Of a DNA stretch of 64,000 nucleotides, positions 1 through 10,376 are shown in pieces (position 1 is the first letter of the stretch; each line of letters begins with the position of its first letter). Made by a program: the position numbers and the translations under genes. The stretch is taken from positions 114,122-178,121 of the forward strand of contig JAAUYQ010000049.1 of NCBI GenBank assembly GCA_014805015.1. Reading direction: 5' to 3'. Source of the stretch: Clostridia bacterium (GTDB taxonomy: Bacteria; Bacillota; Clostridia; Christensenellales; Christensenellaceae). The notes below the pieces were generated by a model. The model worked only from the letters and a program-made list of their open reading frames with translations. It had not been told where the DNA came from and ran no database searches.

Positions 1-440
1 TCAATCACAGTGCCGTCGATCCGGATCCAGCCGGCCAGGTCTGGATTCTGCGCATACAGCTCCGCCATCTCCGGAATCATCGGCGTCGGTGTCGGGACAG
101 GCGTCGACGTCGGAACCTGTTCGGAGGCGCTTTCCTGCGGCTCAGGTGTTGCTGCCGGCTGCGGCGTTTCCAGCGGGCCCTCAATATCAAGCGTTGGGTG
201 CGGCGGCTCCTGCAGCTCGCTTGCTGCCGCCACGGCGACCCATGCCAGGCACGCTACAGCCGCAATCAGCACCACGAGCCAGGCCCTGCGGATTGCAGCC
301 GTGCGCCGCTCAACAGATTTCTTCTTGGCCTCTCTTCTCTCCTCTTCTTCCTGCGAGACAGGCGTCGTCTGCAGTCTGCTGCGCAGTTCATTCCGTTCTG
401 GACGCAGATCAGATTTGGGTTGCTCTTTTCTCGGACTCAT
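1..440 (-). CDS. sortase-family transpeptidase (class B-like), 5' part only; CDS runs off the left edge
   Basis: Own minus-strand translation from ATG 440..438: basic N-tail, one TM helix (AWLVVLIAAVACLAWVAVAAA) and a Pro/Thr/Glu-rich linker. It then reads MAELYAQNPDLAGWIRIDGTVID, matching the N.D.(V/A)GWI.I.GT.ID entry motif of class B sortases. It is absent from the ORF track because it is open at the window edge. Confidence 0.5.
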   Translation of the reverse strand, partial: MSPRKEQPKSDLRPERNELRSRLQTTPVSQEEEERREAKKKSVERRTAAIRRAWLVVLIAAVACLAWVAVAAASELQEPPHPTLDIEGPLETPQPAATPEPQESASEQVPTSTPVPTPTPMIPEMAELYAQNPDLAGWIRIDGTVI

Positions 441-835
441 AAATTCGAAGAACGTTTCTTCTGTTTACCTCCCTCCTGTGCCTTTTGCCCAGTGGGCAGA
501 TCGGCAGTCTGACTGCCGCAAACTTGCTTTCGCCGGACAGGTCTCTGACAGGCAGGACTGTCCATTATTTTGAGACGTGTCTGAACGCCAAAATGTTTCG
601 CTTTCCACCGCGGGACTCCGGTACTCACCAGGCCGCAGCCGTATCTGCATACTCCTTGCCCGCCTGCTGCAAAGACGATATAATGGCTCACATTGAACAT
701 TGCAGCACACTTCGGGGCGCCGGGGCAGGAAGCAAACGCCACAAACCCGGAAAGGAGATCCGGCTCCCGGAGTCTTTTTAATGTCTGCGCCTGACCGCGC
801 GGAACGCATCAGACAAACTTCCTGCACAGAATACC

Positions 836-2209
836 TTGGCAGACAGCATTCTGACAGACGCAAAAAAGATTCACTTCATCGGCATCGGAGGCTGCTCTAT
901 GAGCGGGCTGGCGCGTATTCTCGCCGAGAAAGGCTACCAGATCAGCGGCTCCGATGCCAAAGAGAGTGCGTTTACCCGGCAGCTTGAGCAGAATGGCATC
1001 GAGGTGACCATCGGTCATGACCAGGACAATGTGGCCGGTGCCGACGCTGTGATCTACAGCGCGGCCATCAAACCGTACAATCCTGAGTACGCCTATGCAG
1101 CGGCGCATGACATTCCCATGCTCGAGCGGTCCAAACTGCTCGGCCTGATCTCAGGCGACTACGACAAGGTCGTGTGCGTCTCCGGCTGCCACGGAAAGAC
1201 AACCATCACTTCCATGCTCGCACTGATCATGGAACGCACTGACGAGGACAGCACGGTTCACGTCGGCGGCATGGTGGATTTTCTGGACGGCGGCGTCCGC
1301 ATCGGCCGCGGCCGCTCCTTTATCACGGAAGCATGCGAGTATGTGCGAAGCTTTCTGACACTACAGCCAACAGATGTCCTGGTCAATAATATAGACGACG
1401 ATCACCTGGACTGCTACCGGGATCTTGACGACATCTACAATACCTTCGTGGAATTCATTCAGAAGCAGCCGGAAGACGGCCTCCTGCTGCTGAACTCCGG
1501 TGATTCCCTGGCTGCCAGTCTTGCTGATCACGCCGTATGCCGGGTGGTCACCTACGGGGACAGCAGTGACTGGAGCCTCGAGAACATATCCTTTGACGAA
1601 AACGGCTGTCCGTCAGCGGACGTTCTCCACGCCGGCGGCAGAGCCGGCCGTCTGGAGCTGCAGGTTCCGGGACTTCACAATCTTTACAATGCACTTGCTG
1701 CTGTAGCCTATGCCGCCGAAGCTTTCGGTGTCGATCCGGCGGCAGCGTGCGCGACGCTCAGGGACTATCACCTCGCGGAGCGGCGCTTCCAGTTCGTAGG
1801 CTCGCGCAACGATGTGCGCTACTTTCATGACTATGCCCATCATCCAAGCGAGATCCAGGCGTGCCTTGATGCTGCTTCGCTGGTGCCGCACAATCATCTC
1901 TACGTGGTCTTCCAGTGCAATTCCTACACGCGGGCCCGCACACTGAAAGATAAGTACGCGCAGAGTTTCCGGCAGGCAGACGAAGTGCTGGTTCCTGACA
2001 TCTATCCGGGCCGCGACACGGATACGCAGGGTATTCACGCTACGGATCTGGTGGCCGCGATTAACAAAGTGTCCGGAAACTGCCTGTACGTACCAACCTT
2101 TCCGGAGATCAAGACGTATCTTGACAAGCACTGCCGGCCCGGCGACATTGTCGTCACACTGGGCAGCGGCGACGTCAACCGTCAGCAGCTTGTATTCCTC
2201 GAGCCCTGA
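836..2209 (+). CDS. murC: UDP-N-acetylmuramate--L-alanine ligase
   Basis: 457 aa with KKIHFIGIGGCSMSGLA at the N-terminus and the VSGCHGKTTITSM P-loop, collinear with Mur ligases of the MurC type. The start is TTG with no obvious SD, so the exact start is uncertain. Confidence 0.9.
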   Translation: MADSILTDAKKIHFIGIGGCSMSGLARILAEKGYQISGSDAKESAFTRQLEQNGIEVTIGHDQDNVAGADAVIYSAAIKPYNPEYAYAAAHDIPMLERSKLLGLISGDYDKVVCVSGCHGKTTITSMLALIMERTDEDSTVHVGGMVDFLDGGVRIGRGRSFITEACEYVRSFLTLQPTDVLVNNIDDDHLDCYRDLDDIYNTFVEFIQKQPEDGLLLLNSGDSLAASLADHAVCRVVTYGDSSDWSLENISFDENGCPSADVLHAGGRAGRLELQVPGLHNLYNALAAVAYAAEAFGVDPAAACATLRDYHLAERRFQFVGSRNDVRYFHDYAHHPSEIQACLDAASLVPHNHLYVVFQCNSYTRARTLKDKYAQSFRQADEVLVPDIYPGRDTDTQGIHATDLVAAINKVSGNCLYVPTFPEIKTYLDKHCRPGDIVVTLGSGDVNRQQLVFLEP

Positions 2210-2212
2210 GAT

Positions 2213-3271
2213 TCACTTCGCGTACAGCGTCGCGTCCACGGGAGACCGGTAGTGCTCAAAGAAAAAGTCTTCCCTGAGTGCCGTGGACATAAAGGCCTTG
2301 AGCAGACGGGCGTCCTTGTGCCACTCACGCAGTGCCCACTCCACATTCTCAAGCGGAACAGCCATCGAATATGCAGGACGTGGATTGATGCGTTCATACC
2401 TGAGCAGCTTGAAGACAGCCGCAAACACGTCCACGGGCGCCGCGATTTCGCCGGTGTCCCCGGCGTCAGGATGCCGCAGCGAATAAAGACGGCCTCCGGG
2501 TGCGAGCAGGCGTTCGCACTCCCGGCGCGCTTCCCCTTCCCCGTGCACATCGATCACCACATCCGCAGCCCGCGGCCCCAGTGCTTCTAGCGCTGCTGCC
2601 AGCGGATCGCGTACGCGCTCGCTGTCAACCGAGATGTCCGCGCCCATCCGCACCGAAGCATCCAGGTTCTGTTCGCCTGCACCCACAACCACGATCGGCG
2701 CAAATCCAAGGAAACGCACCATAGCAGTCAGCATGAGACCGGCGCGCGATCCAAGGATCACGCAGGAAGCGCCGAGCGGCTCGTTCTCCACAAGCGTCTG
2801 CCGGATGCCCTGCAGCGTGCGGAACTGATGGACCACGTGGGCGGCCTGCGAAGCCGTGTAGTCATCCACCTGCTCCGGTGCCGCAAAGCACCTGGAAGCC
2901 GGAGCCAGCATGAACTCGGCAAATCCACCCATGGTGCCCAGGCACGCCGGCGATTCCCCGGCCGAAGCTATGCTGCCGCCCTGACGCACGTAGATACACG
3001 CCCCAAGCCGGAAACCCGAGTCCACGCAGATGCGGTCACCAATGTCGAAGCCGCGCACTTCAGCTCCCATTGCTTCTATTGTACCTAGCACCTCGTCACC
3101 GGGAATGATCGGCTCCGGCCCCGGATCGCACTCACCGGTGTAGAGGCGCCGGTCGAGCTCGCTGATCCCGCACACGCGTACTCGGACCAGAATGTCATCC
3201 GGTCCGACCTCCGGCACTTCCACATCACGCAGGACCATCCGGTCCGGTCTTTCCAAAACCTGAGCTTTCAT
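2213..3271 (-). CDS. medium-chain dehydrogenase/reductase (zinc-ADH family) oxidoreductase
   Basis: The MDR N-terminus is MKAQVLERPDRMVLRDVEVPEVGPDDILVRVRVCG with a GroES-like fold plus a Rossmann part (VILGSRAGLMLTAM). I moved the start to ATG 3271 (residue 62 of the track ORF), because the upstream extension is Arg-rich and not protein-like. Confidence 0.75.
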   Translation of the reverse strand: MKAQVLERPDRMVLRDVEVPEVGPDDILVRVRVCGISELDRRLYTGECDPGPEPIIPGDEVLGTIEAMGAEVRGFDIGDRICVDSGFRLGACIYVRQGGSIASAGESPACLGTMGGFAEFMLAPASRCFAAPEQVDDYTASQAAHVVHQFRTLQGIRQTLVENEPLGASCVILGSRAGLMLTAMVRFLGFAPIVVVGAGEQNLDASVRMGADISVDSERVRDPLAAALEALGPRAADVVIDVHGEGEARRECERLLAPGGRLYSLRHPDAGDTGEIAAPVDVFAAVFKLLRYERINPRPAYSMAVPLENVEWALREWHKDARLLKAFMSTALREDFFFEHYRSPVDATLYAK

Positions 3272-3450
3272 GGTGCGGCTGTTCATCCAAACGCGGCAAG
3301 GAGACTCCCGCCTCTTTAAAAGGCGGAGGAGGAATTGCCACATGCTCCTTTCTGTCTGATCAGTCTCCATCCTCCGACACGCTTTTCCGCCGATCCGCGG
3401 ACGGCCTCCAGGCTGCCGTGCAGATCCCGTGATCCCACTTCGCGACCGGA

Positions 3451-4404
3451 TCACCCATTTGCCTTTCTGCTTCCCGTGCTGTCCGCAGCATGAATCGATC
3501 GCAGATCATATGGCGTTTCCTGATAAACGTAGTAGTTCAGCCAGTTTCCGAACAGAAGACTCGCATGACCGCGCCATTTCACCTGCACCGGCCTGTCCGG
3601 ATCATTGTCCGTGAAATAGTTGGCCGGCATCGGAACATCCAGTCCCCGCTCGATATCGCGGACGTACTCATCCCGGAGCGTGTTAGCCGTATACTCTGGA
3701 TGCCCGGTAACATAGATCTCGCGGCCGTCATGCGCCGAGACGATATAGATGCCGCTGTCACGTCCCGAACACAGAATCTCAAGATCAGGATGCGCGGCGA
3801 CCTCTTCCTGACAGACCTCTGTATACCGCGAATGCGGCGCCCAGAAGACGTCGTCAAATCCGCGCAGAAGCGGCTTGTACAGAGGTGCTTTTTCGTGCAG
3901 GTACACTCCGGAGAGTTTTTCCCCGACGGGCCGCTTGCCAATGCCGTAATTGTGGTACAGTCCTGCCTGCGCAGCCCAGCAGATGAACATCGTCGAATAG
4001 ACGTGCTTCCGCGCCCAGTCAAAAATCTCCGTCAGTTCGTCCCAGTAGTTCACTTCCTCAAACGGCAGGAGCTCGACCGGTGCGCCGGTGACGATCATGC
4101 CGTCGTAGAACTCGTCCCGGATGTCGCTGAACGTCTTGTAGAACGTCTCGAGGTATTCCCGGCTTGTGTGGCGCGGCTGGTGCGTGGCTGTCCGCAGCAG
4201 ATCTATTTCCACCTGCAGCGGTGAGTTGGCCAGAAGCCGGATCAGCTGCGTTTCTGTCTGTTCCTTAGTTGGCATGATATTCAGAATGACGATGCGCAGC
4301 GGCCGGATGTCCTGCGCTGCCGCCCGTTCAGAAGGCATCACAAAGATGCCCTCATCCGCGAGCGTGGCAGCTGCCGGCAGCTGGGTATTGATGTTGATCG
4401 GCAA
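3451..4404 (-). CDS. metA: homoserine O-acyltransferase (MetA family)
   Basis: Collinear with E. coli MetA (LPININ..., IRPLRIVILNIMPTKEQTETQLIRLL, VTGAP, TGHPEY, NWLNYYVYQ). The likely start is TTG 4404, six nt after GGAGAAGGAGAG; the track's GTG 4428 lies inside that SD. Confidence 0.9.
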   Translation of the reverse strand: MPININTQLPAAATLADEGIFVMPSERAAAQDIRPLRIVILNIMPTKEQTETQLIRLLANSPLQVEIDLLRTATHQPRHTSREYLETFYKTFSDIRDEFYDGMIVTGAPVELLPFEEVNYWDELTEIFDWARKHVYSTMFICWAAQAGLYHNYGIGKRPVGEKLSGVYLHEKAPLYKPLLRGFDDVFWAPHSRYTEVCQEEVAAHPDLEILCSGRDSGIYIVSAHDGREIYVTGHPEYTANTLRDEYVRDIERGLDVPMPANYFTDNDPDRPVQVKWRGHASLLFGNWLNYYVYQETPYDLRSIHAADSTGSRKANG

Positions 4405-4625
4405 ACTTTGACTCTCCTTCTCCCGCACTCCGCTCCTGTAAGGCCGGACACGCCGGCATTTTTCGCATGACCGCGCTCATCGCGCCGCCCGCTTCTCCCT
4501 GTCAATTATACCACGGAACAACGGACCTCTCCGATATCCTTGGCCGTCTTGGACGCACCGGTATGTTTTCATCGCACCCGACAGGTCAATAAATGATACA
4601 TGCACGATTTGGGAGGAGTTTCACT

Positions 4626-5138
4626 ATGTCAATAGACTGCATCATGAACAGAAGATCCGTGCGTACGTTCACGGCAGATCCAGTATCGGACGAGGACATC
4701 CGCACACTGCTGTCAGCCGGCATGGCAGCCCCAAGCGCAAAGAACATGCGGCCCTGGGAGTTCATTGTCGTCCGCGACCCCGAACGACGCTCGGACCTCG
4801 CTGCGCTGTGCCCCTACTGGAAGCCGGCGGCCTCGGCTCCGGTGGTGATTGTTGTCTGCGGGAACACCACGAGCGGCGACCCGACCGTCCTGAACTACTA
4901 CGTTCAGGACTGCTCATGCGCCAGCGAGAATATCCTGTGCGCCGCTGCCGGGATCAACCTCGGCGGGGTCTGGCTCGGCGTGTACGGTGAAGAGGACCGC
5001 ATGCTCAATGTTGCCAATCTGCTGCATCTTCCAGACGGCGTATACGCCGTCAGCCTGCTGGCGATCGGTCACCCGGAGCACTTTGCCGAGCCGCATCACG
5101 CGTATGATGAGGACAGCGTTCACCAGGAAACGTACTGA
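4626..5138 (+). CDS. nitroreductase family protein
   Basis: [44 protein letters not shown] is the canonical nitroreductase N-terminal signature. ATG 4626 follows GGGAGGAG. Confidence 0.8.
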   Translation: MSIDCIMNRRSVRTFTADPVSDEDIRTLLSAGMAAPSAKNMRPWEFIVVRDPERRSDLAALCPYWKPAASAPVVIVVCGNTTSGDPTVLNYYVQDCSCASENILCAAAGINLGGVWLGVYGEEDRMLNVANLLHLPDGVYAVSLLAIGHPEHFAEPHHAYDEDSVHQETY

Positions 5139-5182
5139 GACCGCACCGGCAGGCGCCGGCTAAAACGAGGCGACTATACTGT

Positions 5183-6151
5183 ATGGAAATAGTTCCGAAC
5201 AATTCCTACCTTGCGGGCCTGCCCGGCTTCGGCGTCGCGGAAGTGGCCCGGGAACTGGTCCAGCGCACCGAAACAGAGGCCCGGACTGAGGCCATCAGCG
5301 GCTTCGGCATGAAACATAAGGCCCAGGTTCTGATCGATCTCATCCGGAGCGCCATGTTCCCCAACATCTACGACGTGCACACGATCCGCCGCGCCCATTT
5401 CGATCATATGGCAGAAGACAGGATCGGTGAGGCAGCAATTCTGCTTGACTGCATGCTGACGGAAGTCCTCGTCAACGCCTGTGTCCTCGAGCACAAAGGA
5501 GACCCGGGCTGCTGCGGCTGCAGGCGCAATGCCCACATCCTGACAACGCAGTTTCTGCACAAGCTGCCTGACATTGCGGATCTGCTGAATACAGACATCG
5601 TGGCTGCCTACAACGGCGATCCGGCGGCCATGTCGCACGAGGAGATCCTGCTCGCCTACCCCGGCTTCGAGGCCATCAGCGTATTCCGCCTTGCGCACGA
5701 GCTCTACACGATGGGTGTTCCTCTGCTGCCGCGGGTCATGACGGAACTCGCGCACGGCAAGACCGGCATCGATATCCATCCCGGGGCGACCGTAGGCAAA
5801 TACTTTTTCATTGACCACGGCACCGGCGTCGTGATCGGCGAAACATGCATTATCGGGGAAAACGTCAAGATTTATCAGGGCGTCACGCTGGGCGCACGCA
5901 GCTTTGAGCTGGATGCCGACGGCAATCCGGTCAAAGGCGTCAAACGGCATCCCAACATCGAGGACAACGTGGTCATTTACGCCGGCGCGACCATTCTGGG
6001 AGGTGACACGGTCATCGGCCACGACTCCGTCATCGGCGGCAACGTCTGGCTGACGCACTCGGTGGAGCCGGGCTCCATCGTCTACAACGCAGACCCGCCG
6101 CCGGTCATCCGCAGCGAACACGACCGGCCCTCAGCCGACCGCAGTGAATAA
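5183..6151 (+). CDS. cysE: serine O-acetyltransferase (long N-terminal form)
   Basis: Left-handed beta-helix hexapeptide repeats and the motif [43 protein letters not shown]. It starts 44 nt after the nitroreductase stop, so it is probably co-transcribed. Confidence 0.8.
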   Translation: MEIVPNNSYLAGLPGFGVAEVARELVQRTETEARTEAISGFGMKHKAQVLIDLIRSAMFPNIYDVHTIRRAHFDHMAEDRIGEAAILLDCMLTEVLVNACVLEHKGDPGCCGCRRNAHILTTQFLHKLPDIADLLNTDIVAAYNGDPAAMSHEEILLAYPGFEAISVFRLAHELYTMGVPLLPRVMTELAHGKTGIDIHPGATVGKYFFIDHGTGVVIGETCIIGENVKIYQGVTLGARSFELDADGNPVKGVKRHPNIEDNVVIYAGATILGGDTVIGHDSVIGGNVWLTHSVEPGSIVYNADPPPVIRSEHDRPSADRSE

Positions 6152-6210
6152 TGCTGGGCGCCCACAGGGCGCCTTTTTCCGTATGAACGTTATTTATAGG
6201 GAGAAACAAA

Positions 6211-7026
6211 ATGTCTGAAGAGAACAGCTACGCCAACGTACCGGCCAATCCGCCGCTGCCGCTCACCGGCACTGCCAACACCCGCGAACTGGGCGGCTAT
6301 CCGACCCGGGACGGCGGCCGGACGCGTACGCACGTCTTCCTGCGCAGCGACAATCTGCATCACGCGACGGATGCTGACGAGCAGTGGCTCTACGACTACG
6401 GTGTGCGCACGGTGGTCGATCTGCGCACCGCTGTCGAGCGGCTTGGCCATCTTGATCACGACTACCAGGAGCACTTCAGCCGCCGCCACTTTTCCATGAT
6501 GCAGCATATTCAGGCCGAACTGGTCAAGGACCGTCTGCTCGACGAGGCGGAAAAGGCTCCGCGGACCTGGGCCGACGTCTATATCATCATGACCGAACGG
6601 CTGAAGCCGCAGTTCAGAAAGACGCTGCAGACACTGATTCAAGCAGACGATGCCGTCCTGTTTCACTGTACGGCCGGACGCGACCGGACCGGGATCACGG
6701 CCATGCTGCTCCTCACTATGGCCGATGTTCCCGAGGAAGTCATACTCACGGATTATACTGCCACAAACGGCAACATGACCCCGGAGCTTGTCCGGAACGA
6801 GAAGATTATGGAGGCTCTCGGTGGGGATGTCATCCCCGAAGGCGCTTTTCAGGCACTGCCGGACACGATGCGCACGCTGCAGGGACACATGAAGCGCAAA
6901 TACGGCTCGGTGATGGGGTACATCCGCGATATCGGCATTACCGACGAGGACATTGCGGCTCTGCGGAGCAAGTTCGTAGAGGCTGCACCGCCAGCCGCCG
7001 GCAAACAGAAAAGCGCAGCTCTATAA
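6211..7026 (+). CDS. protein-tyrosine/serine phosphatase-like protein (CX5R type)
   Basis: The active-site loop LFHCTAGRDRTGI (HCX5R) sits in a roughly 270-aa protein with NTRELGG near the N-terminus, typical of the bacterial Y_phosphatase3-type family. Confidence 0.7.
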   Translation: MSEENSYANVPANPPLPLTGTANTRELGGYPTRDGGRTRTHVFLRSDNLHHATDADEQWLYDYGVRTVVDLRTAVERLGHLDHDYQEHFSRRHFSMMQHIQAELVKDRLLDEAEKAPRTWADVYIIMTERLKPQFRKTLQTLIQADDAVLFHCTAGRDRTGITAMLLLTMADVPEEVILTDYTATNGNMTPELVRNEKIMEALGGDVIPEGAFQALPDTMRTLQGHMKRKYGSVMGYIRDIGITDEDIAALRSKFVEAAPPAAGKQKSAAL

Positions 7027-7044
7027 ACAGGCAGAGCTGCGCTT
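7011..7044. terminator. hairpin between convergent genes (aagcgcagctct / agagctgcgctt)
   Basis: A 12-bp perfect inverted repeat overlaps the phosphatase stop codon. There is no strong U-tract. Confidence 0.4.
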
Positions 7045-7057
7045 CAAGGTCCGGCCT

Positions 7058-7957
7058 TCAGCGGGACGCGATGCGGGCCATCTTCTCGATCTGATGCATT
7101 GACATCATACAGACTTCCTTTTCCCGTCCGTACCAGCCGGACTGCGGATGGTCGAGGGAGTACAGTACAAGACCCTGGTACCCGGCACGCTCGAGCAGAT
7201 CAAACGCGGCCTGATCGTCTGAGAGACCCTGACCGGCCGGAACCCCGCCGAAGAAATACCAGTCGGAGATGCCCGCTTCCCCGCTGTTCAGGGCAACAGG
7301 TTTCAGCAGGACAACACGGGCATGCAGACCGAGCAGATCAATCGCGTCGAGCGGATCCACCAGCTGTCTTACGAAATTTCCGGTGTCAAGGCAGAGGCCG
7401 AAATGCTCCGAGTCCACCTGCTCCGTCATCTGCAGGAGCTGCTGCGGCGTGAAGGCAGCCTGATTCTCGAAGGCAAGCTGCATACCGTAGTCCTTTGCAA
7501 CCGCAGCAGCTGCCTTGAAGCCTTCGACAAGCGGAGCCATCATCTCCCCGGCCTCCCGCGGCTGCCGCGAAGCGTAACCGGCACTGGTTACGCGCACAAC
7601 CTTCGCGCCGAGCAGATGTGCAAGAGGAATGTCCCGCATAAGCTGCGCGAAGGCGTCGGCATGCGGCCCTCCTGCTAGACCCTCAAGATCGCCCGGCCCT
7701 GTCCAGGCGTATACGGCGTCAAATCCGAAACCTTCGATCTCGCCGGCAACCTCCCGCATGTAAGGTTCCTCCAGCCGCTCCAGGAACGAAGCGTGCAGCG
7801 AGATACCTTTGGCACCCAGACGGGCTGCCTCCTGCATAAAGTCGTTGAGACTCATCCGCTGCGCTGGTTTTTCCTGTCCGGGATAGACGACTCCGAAAAA
7901 CCGGTGATAGCAGTAACTGTCTATGCCTGTCTTGATCATGCTGCTTGGGGTGGACAC
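7058..7957 (-). CDS. sugar phosphate isomerase/epimerase (xylose-isomerase-like TIM barrel)
   Basis: 299 aa with the pattern GAKGISLH...LGAKVVRV...LAFENQ...LCLDTGN, typical of the AP-endonuclease-2/xylose-isomerase-like TIM-barrel family. Confidence 0.65.
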   Translation of the reverse strand: MSTPSSMIKTGIDSYCYHRFFGVVYPGQEKPAQRMSLNDFMQEAARLGAKGISLHASFLERLEEPYMREVAGEIEGFGFDAVYAWTGPGDLEGLAGGPHADAFAQLMRDIPLAHLLGAKVVRVTSAGYASRQPREAGEMMAPLVEGFKAAAAVAKDYGMQLAFENQAAFTPQQLLQMTEQVDSEHFGLCLDTGNFVRQLVDPLDAIDLLGLHARVVLLKPVALNSGEAGISDWYFFGGVPAGQGLSDDQAAFDLLERAGYQGLVLYSLDHPQSGWYGREKEVCMMSMHQIEKMARIASR

Positions 7958-8161
7958 TCATGACTGCAGTCCTGGGAGGAAACCCCATCTCCTTTCTACG
8001 GCTTTGTATCCCTTGCGTTCCTCTGTTTCCAAGGTCCGTACCGGACCCAGAAAATGCGGGCCGCGCCCGGCGTCCGGCACCATCCGCCGACCAGCACGAA
8101 AAAGCAGTCCGCACGAGACGTAGTATACATCAGCAGACCAGACGAATTGAAGTGGCTGTGC

Positions 8162-8190
8162 TTGCAGGCTGCCGGCAGTTGGGCTAGTAT
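8162..8190 (+). promoter_or_regulatory. candidate sigmaA promoter for ferritin (TTGCAG-17-TAGTAT)
   Basis: Hexamers lie at 8162..8167 and 8185..8190 with a 17-nt spacer, about 60 nt upstream of ATG 8249. No Fur/PerR-like palindrome was seen. Confidence 0.3.
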
Positions 8191-8248
8191 TTGTCGGGGA
8201 TAAAAGGCTTTGCTGCGCCTCGGTGCAGTTACGAAAGGAGCATACGGG

Positions 8249-8770
8249 ATGATAAGCTCGAAAATCCAACAGCTGCTCAACGAGCAGATGAGAAATGAAT
8301 TCTACAGTGCCTACTTCTATCTGGGCATGGCGAACTGGTTCGAGGCGCGCAATCTGTCGGGCTTCGCCAACTGGTTCAACGTTCAGGTCAAAGAAGAACG
8401 CGATCATGCGCTCCGATTCCGGAATTATCTCATCCGGGTGGACGGTACGCCCGAACTGATGGCCATTGAGGAGCCGGAGCAGACATTCAAGGATGTTGAG
8501 GACGTGCTGCAGCGAACACTCGCCCATGAACAGTTTGTCACATCCAAGATTAATGAGCTCATGGAAACCGCTGTGGCGGAAAACGATTATAAGACGATTC
8601 TGTTCCTGCAGTGGTTTGTGGTGGAACAGACAGAAGAAGAGCAGAACGTGCGCGATCTGATTGAGCGGCTGCGCGTCGCCAACAACTCCGATGCCGGAGT
8701 ACTGATCATGGACGATGAGCTGGAGTCGCGCAAGTACACGCCATCCAGTACAGCAACGGAAAACAGCTGA
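8249..8770 (+). CDS. ftnA: ferritin (non-haem, Ftn type)
   Basis: KIQQLLNEQMRNEFYSAYFYLGMANWF...QVKEERDHALRF carries the ferroxidase-centre E/EExH pattern. ATG 8249 follows GAAAGGAG. Confidence 0.85.
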   Translation: MISSKIQQLLNEQMRNEFYSAYFYLGMANWFEARNLSGFANWFNVQVKEERDHALRFRNYLIRVDGTPELMAIEEPEQTFKDVEDVLQRTLAHEQFVTSKINELMETAVAENDYKTILFLQWFVVEQTEEEQNVRDLIERLRVANNSDAGVLIMDDELESRKYTPSSTATENS

Positions 8771-8784
8771 CAGACTGCCTTTTC

Positions 8785-8807
8785 GCCCGCCGCCGGCGGG
8801 CTTTTTT
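8785..8807 (+). terminator. intrinsic terminator after ferritin
   Basis: GC hairpin gcccgccgccggcgggc followed by TTTTTT. Confidence 0.6.
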
Positions 8808-10153
8808 CATGCCGTCTGCCGGCGTCTGAGCACATGGAAAATGCGCACCGCCAGATACAGGGAAATCAGGCCCGAGGCGATGTCGCTGAGAAGCGGGCTG
8901 ATCAGGATCCCCTGGAACCCGAGCGTCTGACTGAGAATCATCAGCAGCGGAATCATACAGAAACCCTGCCGGCCGCAGGCAACCAGAATCGCTTCAGCGG
9001 CCTGCCCAAGTGACTGACACGTCATCATGATGATCAGGGTGAACGCCGTCAGTGGATAGGCAACGGTAAACCAGCCGAGCGTCTCCACGCCGGTTTCGAT
9101 CACTGCGGCCTGGCTGGCGAACTGCTCGATCAGCCACCGTCCTGTCAGCCGGAAGAATCCGGTAAGCGCCGCTCCGATGGCGACAGCGGCTGCAAACCCG
9201 AAATAGAGTGTCCGCCTGAGCAGATCATAGCGGCCGGCGCCAAAATTGAATCCGCAGACCGGCTGGTAGCCCTGGGCGAAGCCGAACACGACAGCAAAGC
9301 CCAGATACTGCAGCCGGTTGACAATGCCGATCGCAGCAATGGTGCCGTCCCCGTACGGCTTGGCATAAATATTGACGACGGCAAAGCCGATGCCCGTAAA
9401 GATCTGAATCAGAAAAGTCGACAGTCCTACCCGGAGTATGTAGGCAACCGTGTCGCGCTGAAAGTGAAAACCGCGCAGCCGGATGGGGACGACCGTGCGG
9501 CCCCGCCAGTAGGCTGAGCCAAGGATGACGAAGGACACGACCTGCGAGGCGGCAGTAGCCACGGCAGCTCCCATGACGCCCATTCCCGCAGCGCTGATCA
9601 GCACCGGATCCAGCGCAATGTTGAGCAGGGCACCTGTGACCATGCCAGTCATCGAGCGGACGGCATTTCCCTCGGCGCGCAGCAGATTGTTGAAGGCCAT
9701 GTTTGTCAGCTGAACCGGAGACGCCGCAAACATGATCACCGCATACTGCCAGGCCATATCGATCGTGTCGCTGGAAGCGCCGACCGCCAGCAAAAGAGGC
9801 TGCGCCCACGGAATGCAGGCACAGACGATCAGCCCCGAGATGAACGCCAGGACAACAGTGGACGACGCTGTCTCCCCTGCTCCTTTCAGATCCCCTTCTC
9901 CGAGCTGCCGGCTCAACAGCGCACCGCCTCCGGAGGCAAACAGCACCGAAACCGCCATGGTCACCAGGAGAATCGGCATATAGACCGATACGGCAGCCAC
10001 CTCGAGGTCGGTCTCGGAGGCAAGGCTGACGAAGTAGGTATCGGCCATGTTGTAGATAGCCAGGACAACGAGACTGATGATCGCCGGTCCGGCCAGTTTG
10101 AGGACTGCCCGGGCCACATTCGGCGACGCCATAACCTCGGTTTTCTTCTCCAT
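8807..10153 (-). CDS. MATE family efflux transporter
   Basis: 448 aa and about 12 TM helices, with the N-terminal motif LKLAGPAIISLVVLAIYNMADTYFVS characteristic of MatE. Confidence 0.85.
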   Translation of the reverse strand: MEKKTEVMASPNVARAVLKLAGPAIISLVVLAIYNMADTYFVSLASETDLEVAAVSVYMPILLVTMAVSVLFASGGGALLSRQLGEGDLKGAGETASSTVVLAFISGLIVCACIPWAQPLLLAVGASSDTIDMAWQYAVIMFAASPVQLTNMAFNNLLRAEGNAVRSMTGMVTGALLNIALDPVLISAAGMGVMGAAVATAASQVVSFVILGSAYWRGRTVVPIRLRGFHFQRDTVAYILRVGLSTFLIQIFTGIGFAVVNIYAKPYGDGTIAAIGIVNRLQYLGFAVVFGFAQGYQPVCGFNFGAGRYDLLRRTLYFGFAAAVAIGAALTGFFRLTGRWLIEQFASQAAVIETGVETLGWFTVAYPLTAFTLIIMMTCQSLGQAAEAILVACGRQGFCMIPLLMILSQTLGFQGILISPLLSDIASGLISLYLAVRIFHVLRRRQTA

Positions 10154-10376
10154 GGAAACGTCCCTTTCCAGCCTGCAGCAGCGCCGCAGACGGTGTTGCG
10201 CGAGAATGTTGCATCGCCTACTATTATATTACAAACGGGTCAGGTGTTACTGCCATGGGCGGGCCCCGCGTGAAGGAGGCATCCTGGACGGCTCGCGTCC
10301 CGGAGATGCTGCACTTTTGGCGCCGTCCGGCACTGCTGCCGGCGACGGCAGAGATCTGTCAACTGAAGGAGCATGT

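Noticed and set aside
10-573. 187-aa plus-strand ORF at the left edge (Gly/Ser/Ala/Cys low complexity)
   Set aside because: The minus strand gives a sensible sortase N-terminus (TM helix plus the conserved GWIRIDGT.ID motif). The plus-strand product is low-complexity and crosses the sortase start.
441-835. Riboswitch or attenuator in the 395-bp sortase-murC divergent region
   Set aside because: I found only a promoter-like TTGCCC-17-TATAAT (655..683) and short hairpins near 755..780 followed by TCTTTTT. The stems are 4 bp and unconvincing, and no known riboswitch core was recognised.
4405-4592. SAM (S-box) riboswitch upstream of metA
   Set aside because: An extended -10 promoter (TGgTATAAT, 4513..4505 on the minus strand) and a leader of about 100 nt exist. 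None of the SAM-I core elements (cuuaucaagag...ggcccgaugaa...gcaacc) is present, and there is no terminator.
9225-10214. 329-aa minus-strand ORF overlapping the MATE gene in another frame
   Set aside because: The 448-aa frame gives 12 hydrophobic helices and the MatE N-terminal motif. The alternative frame is Arg/Gly/Cys-rich with no membrane character.
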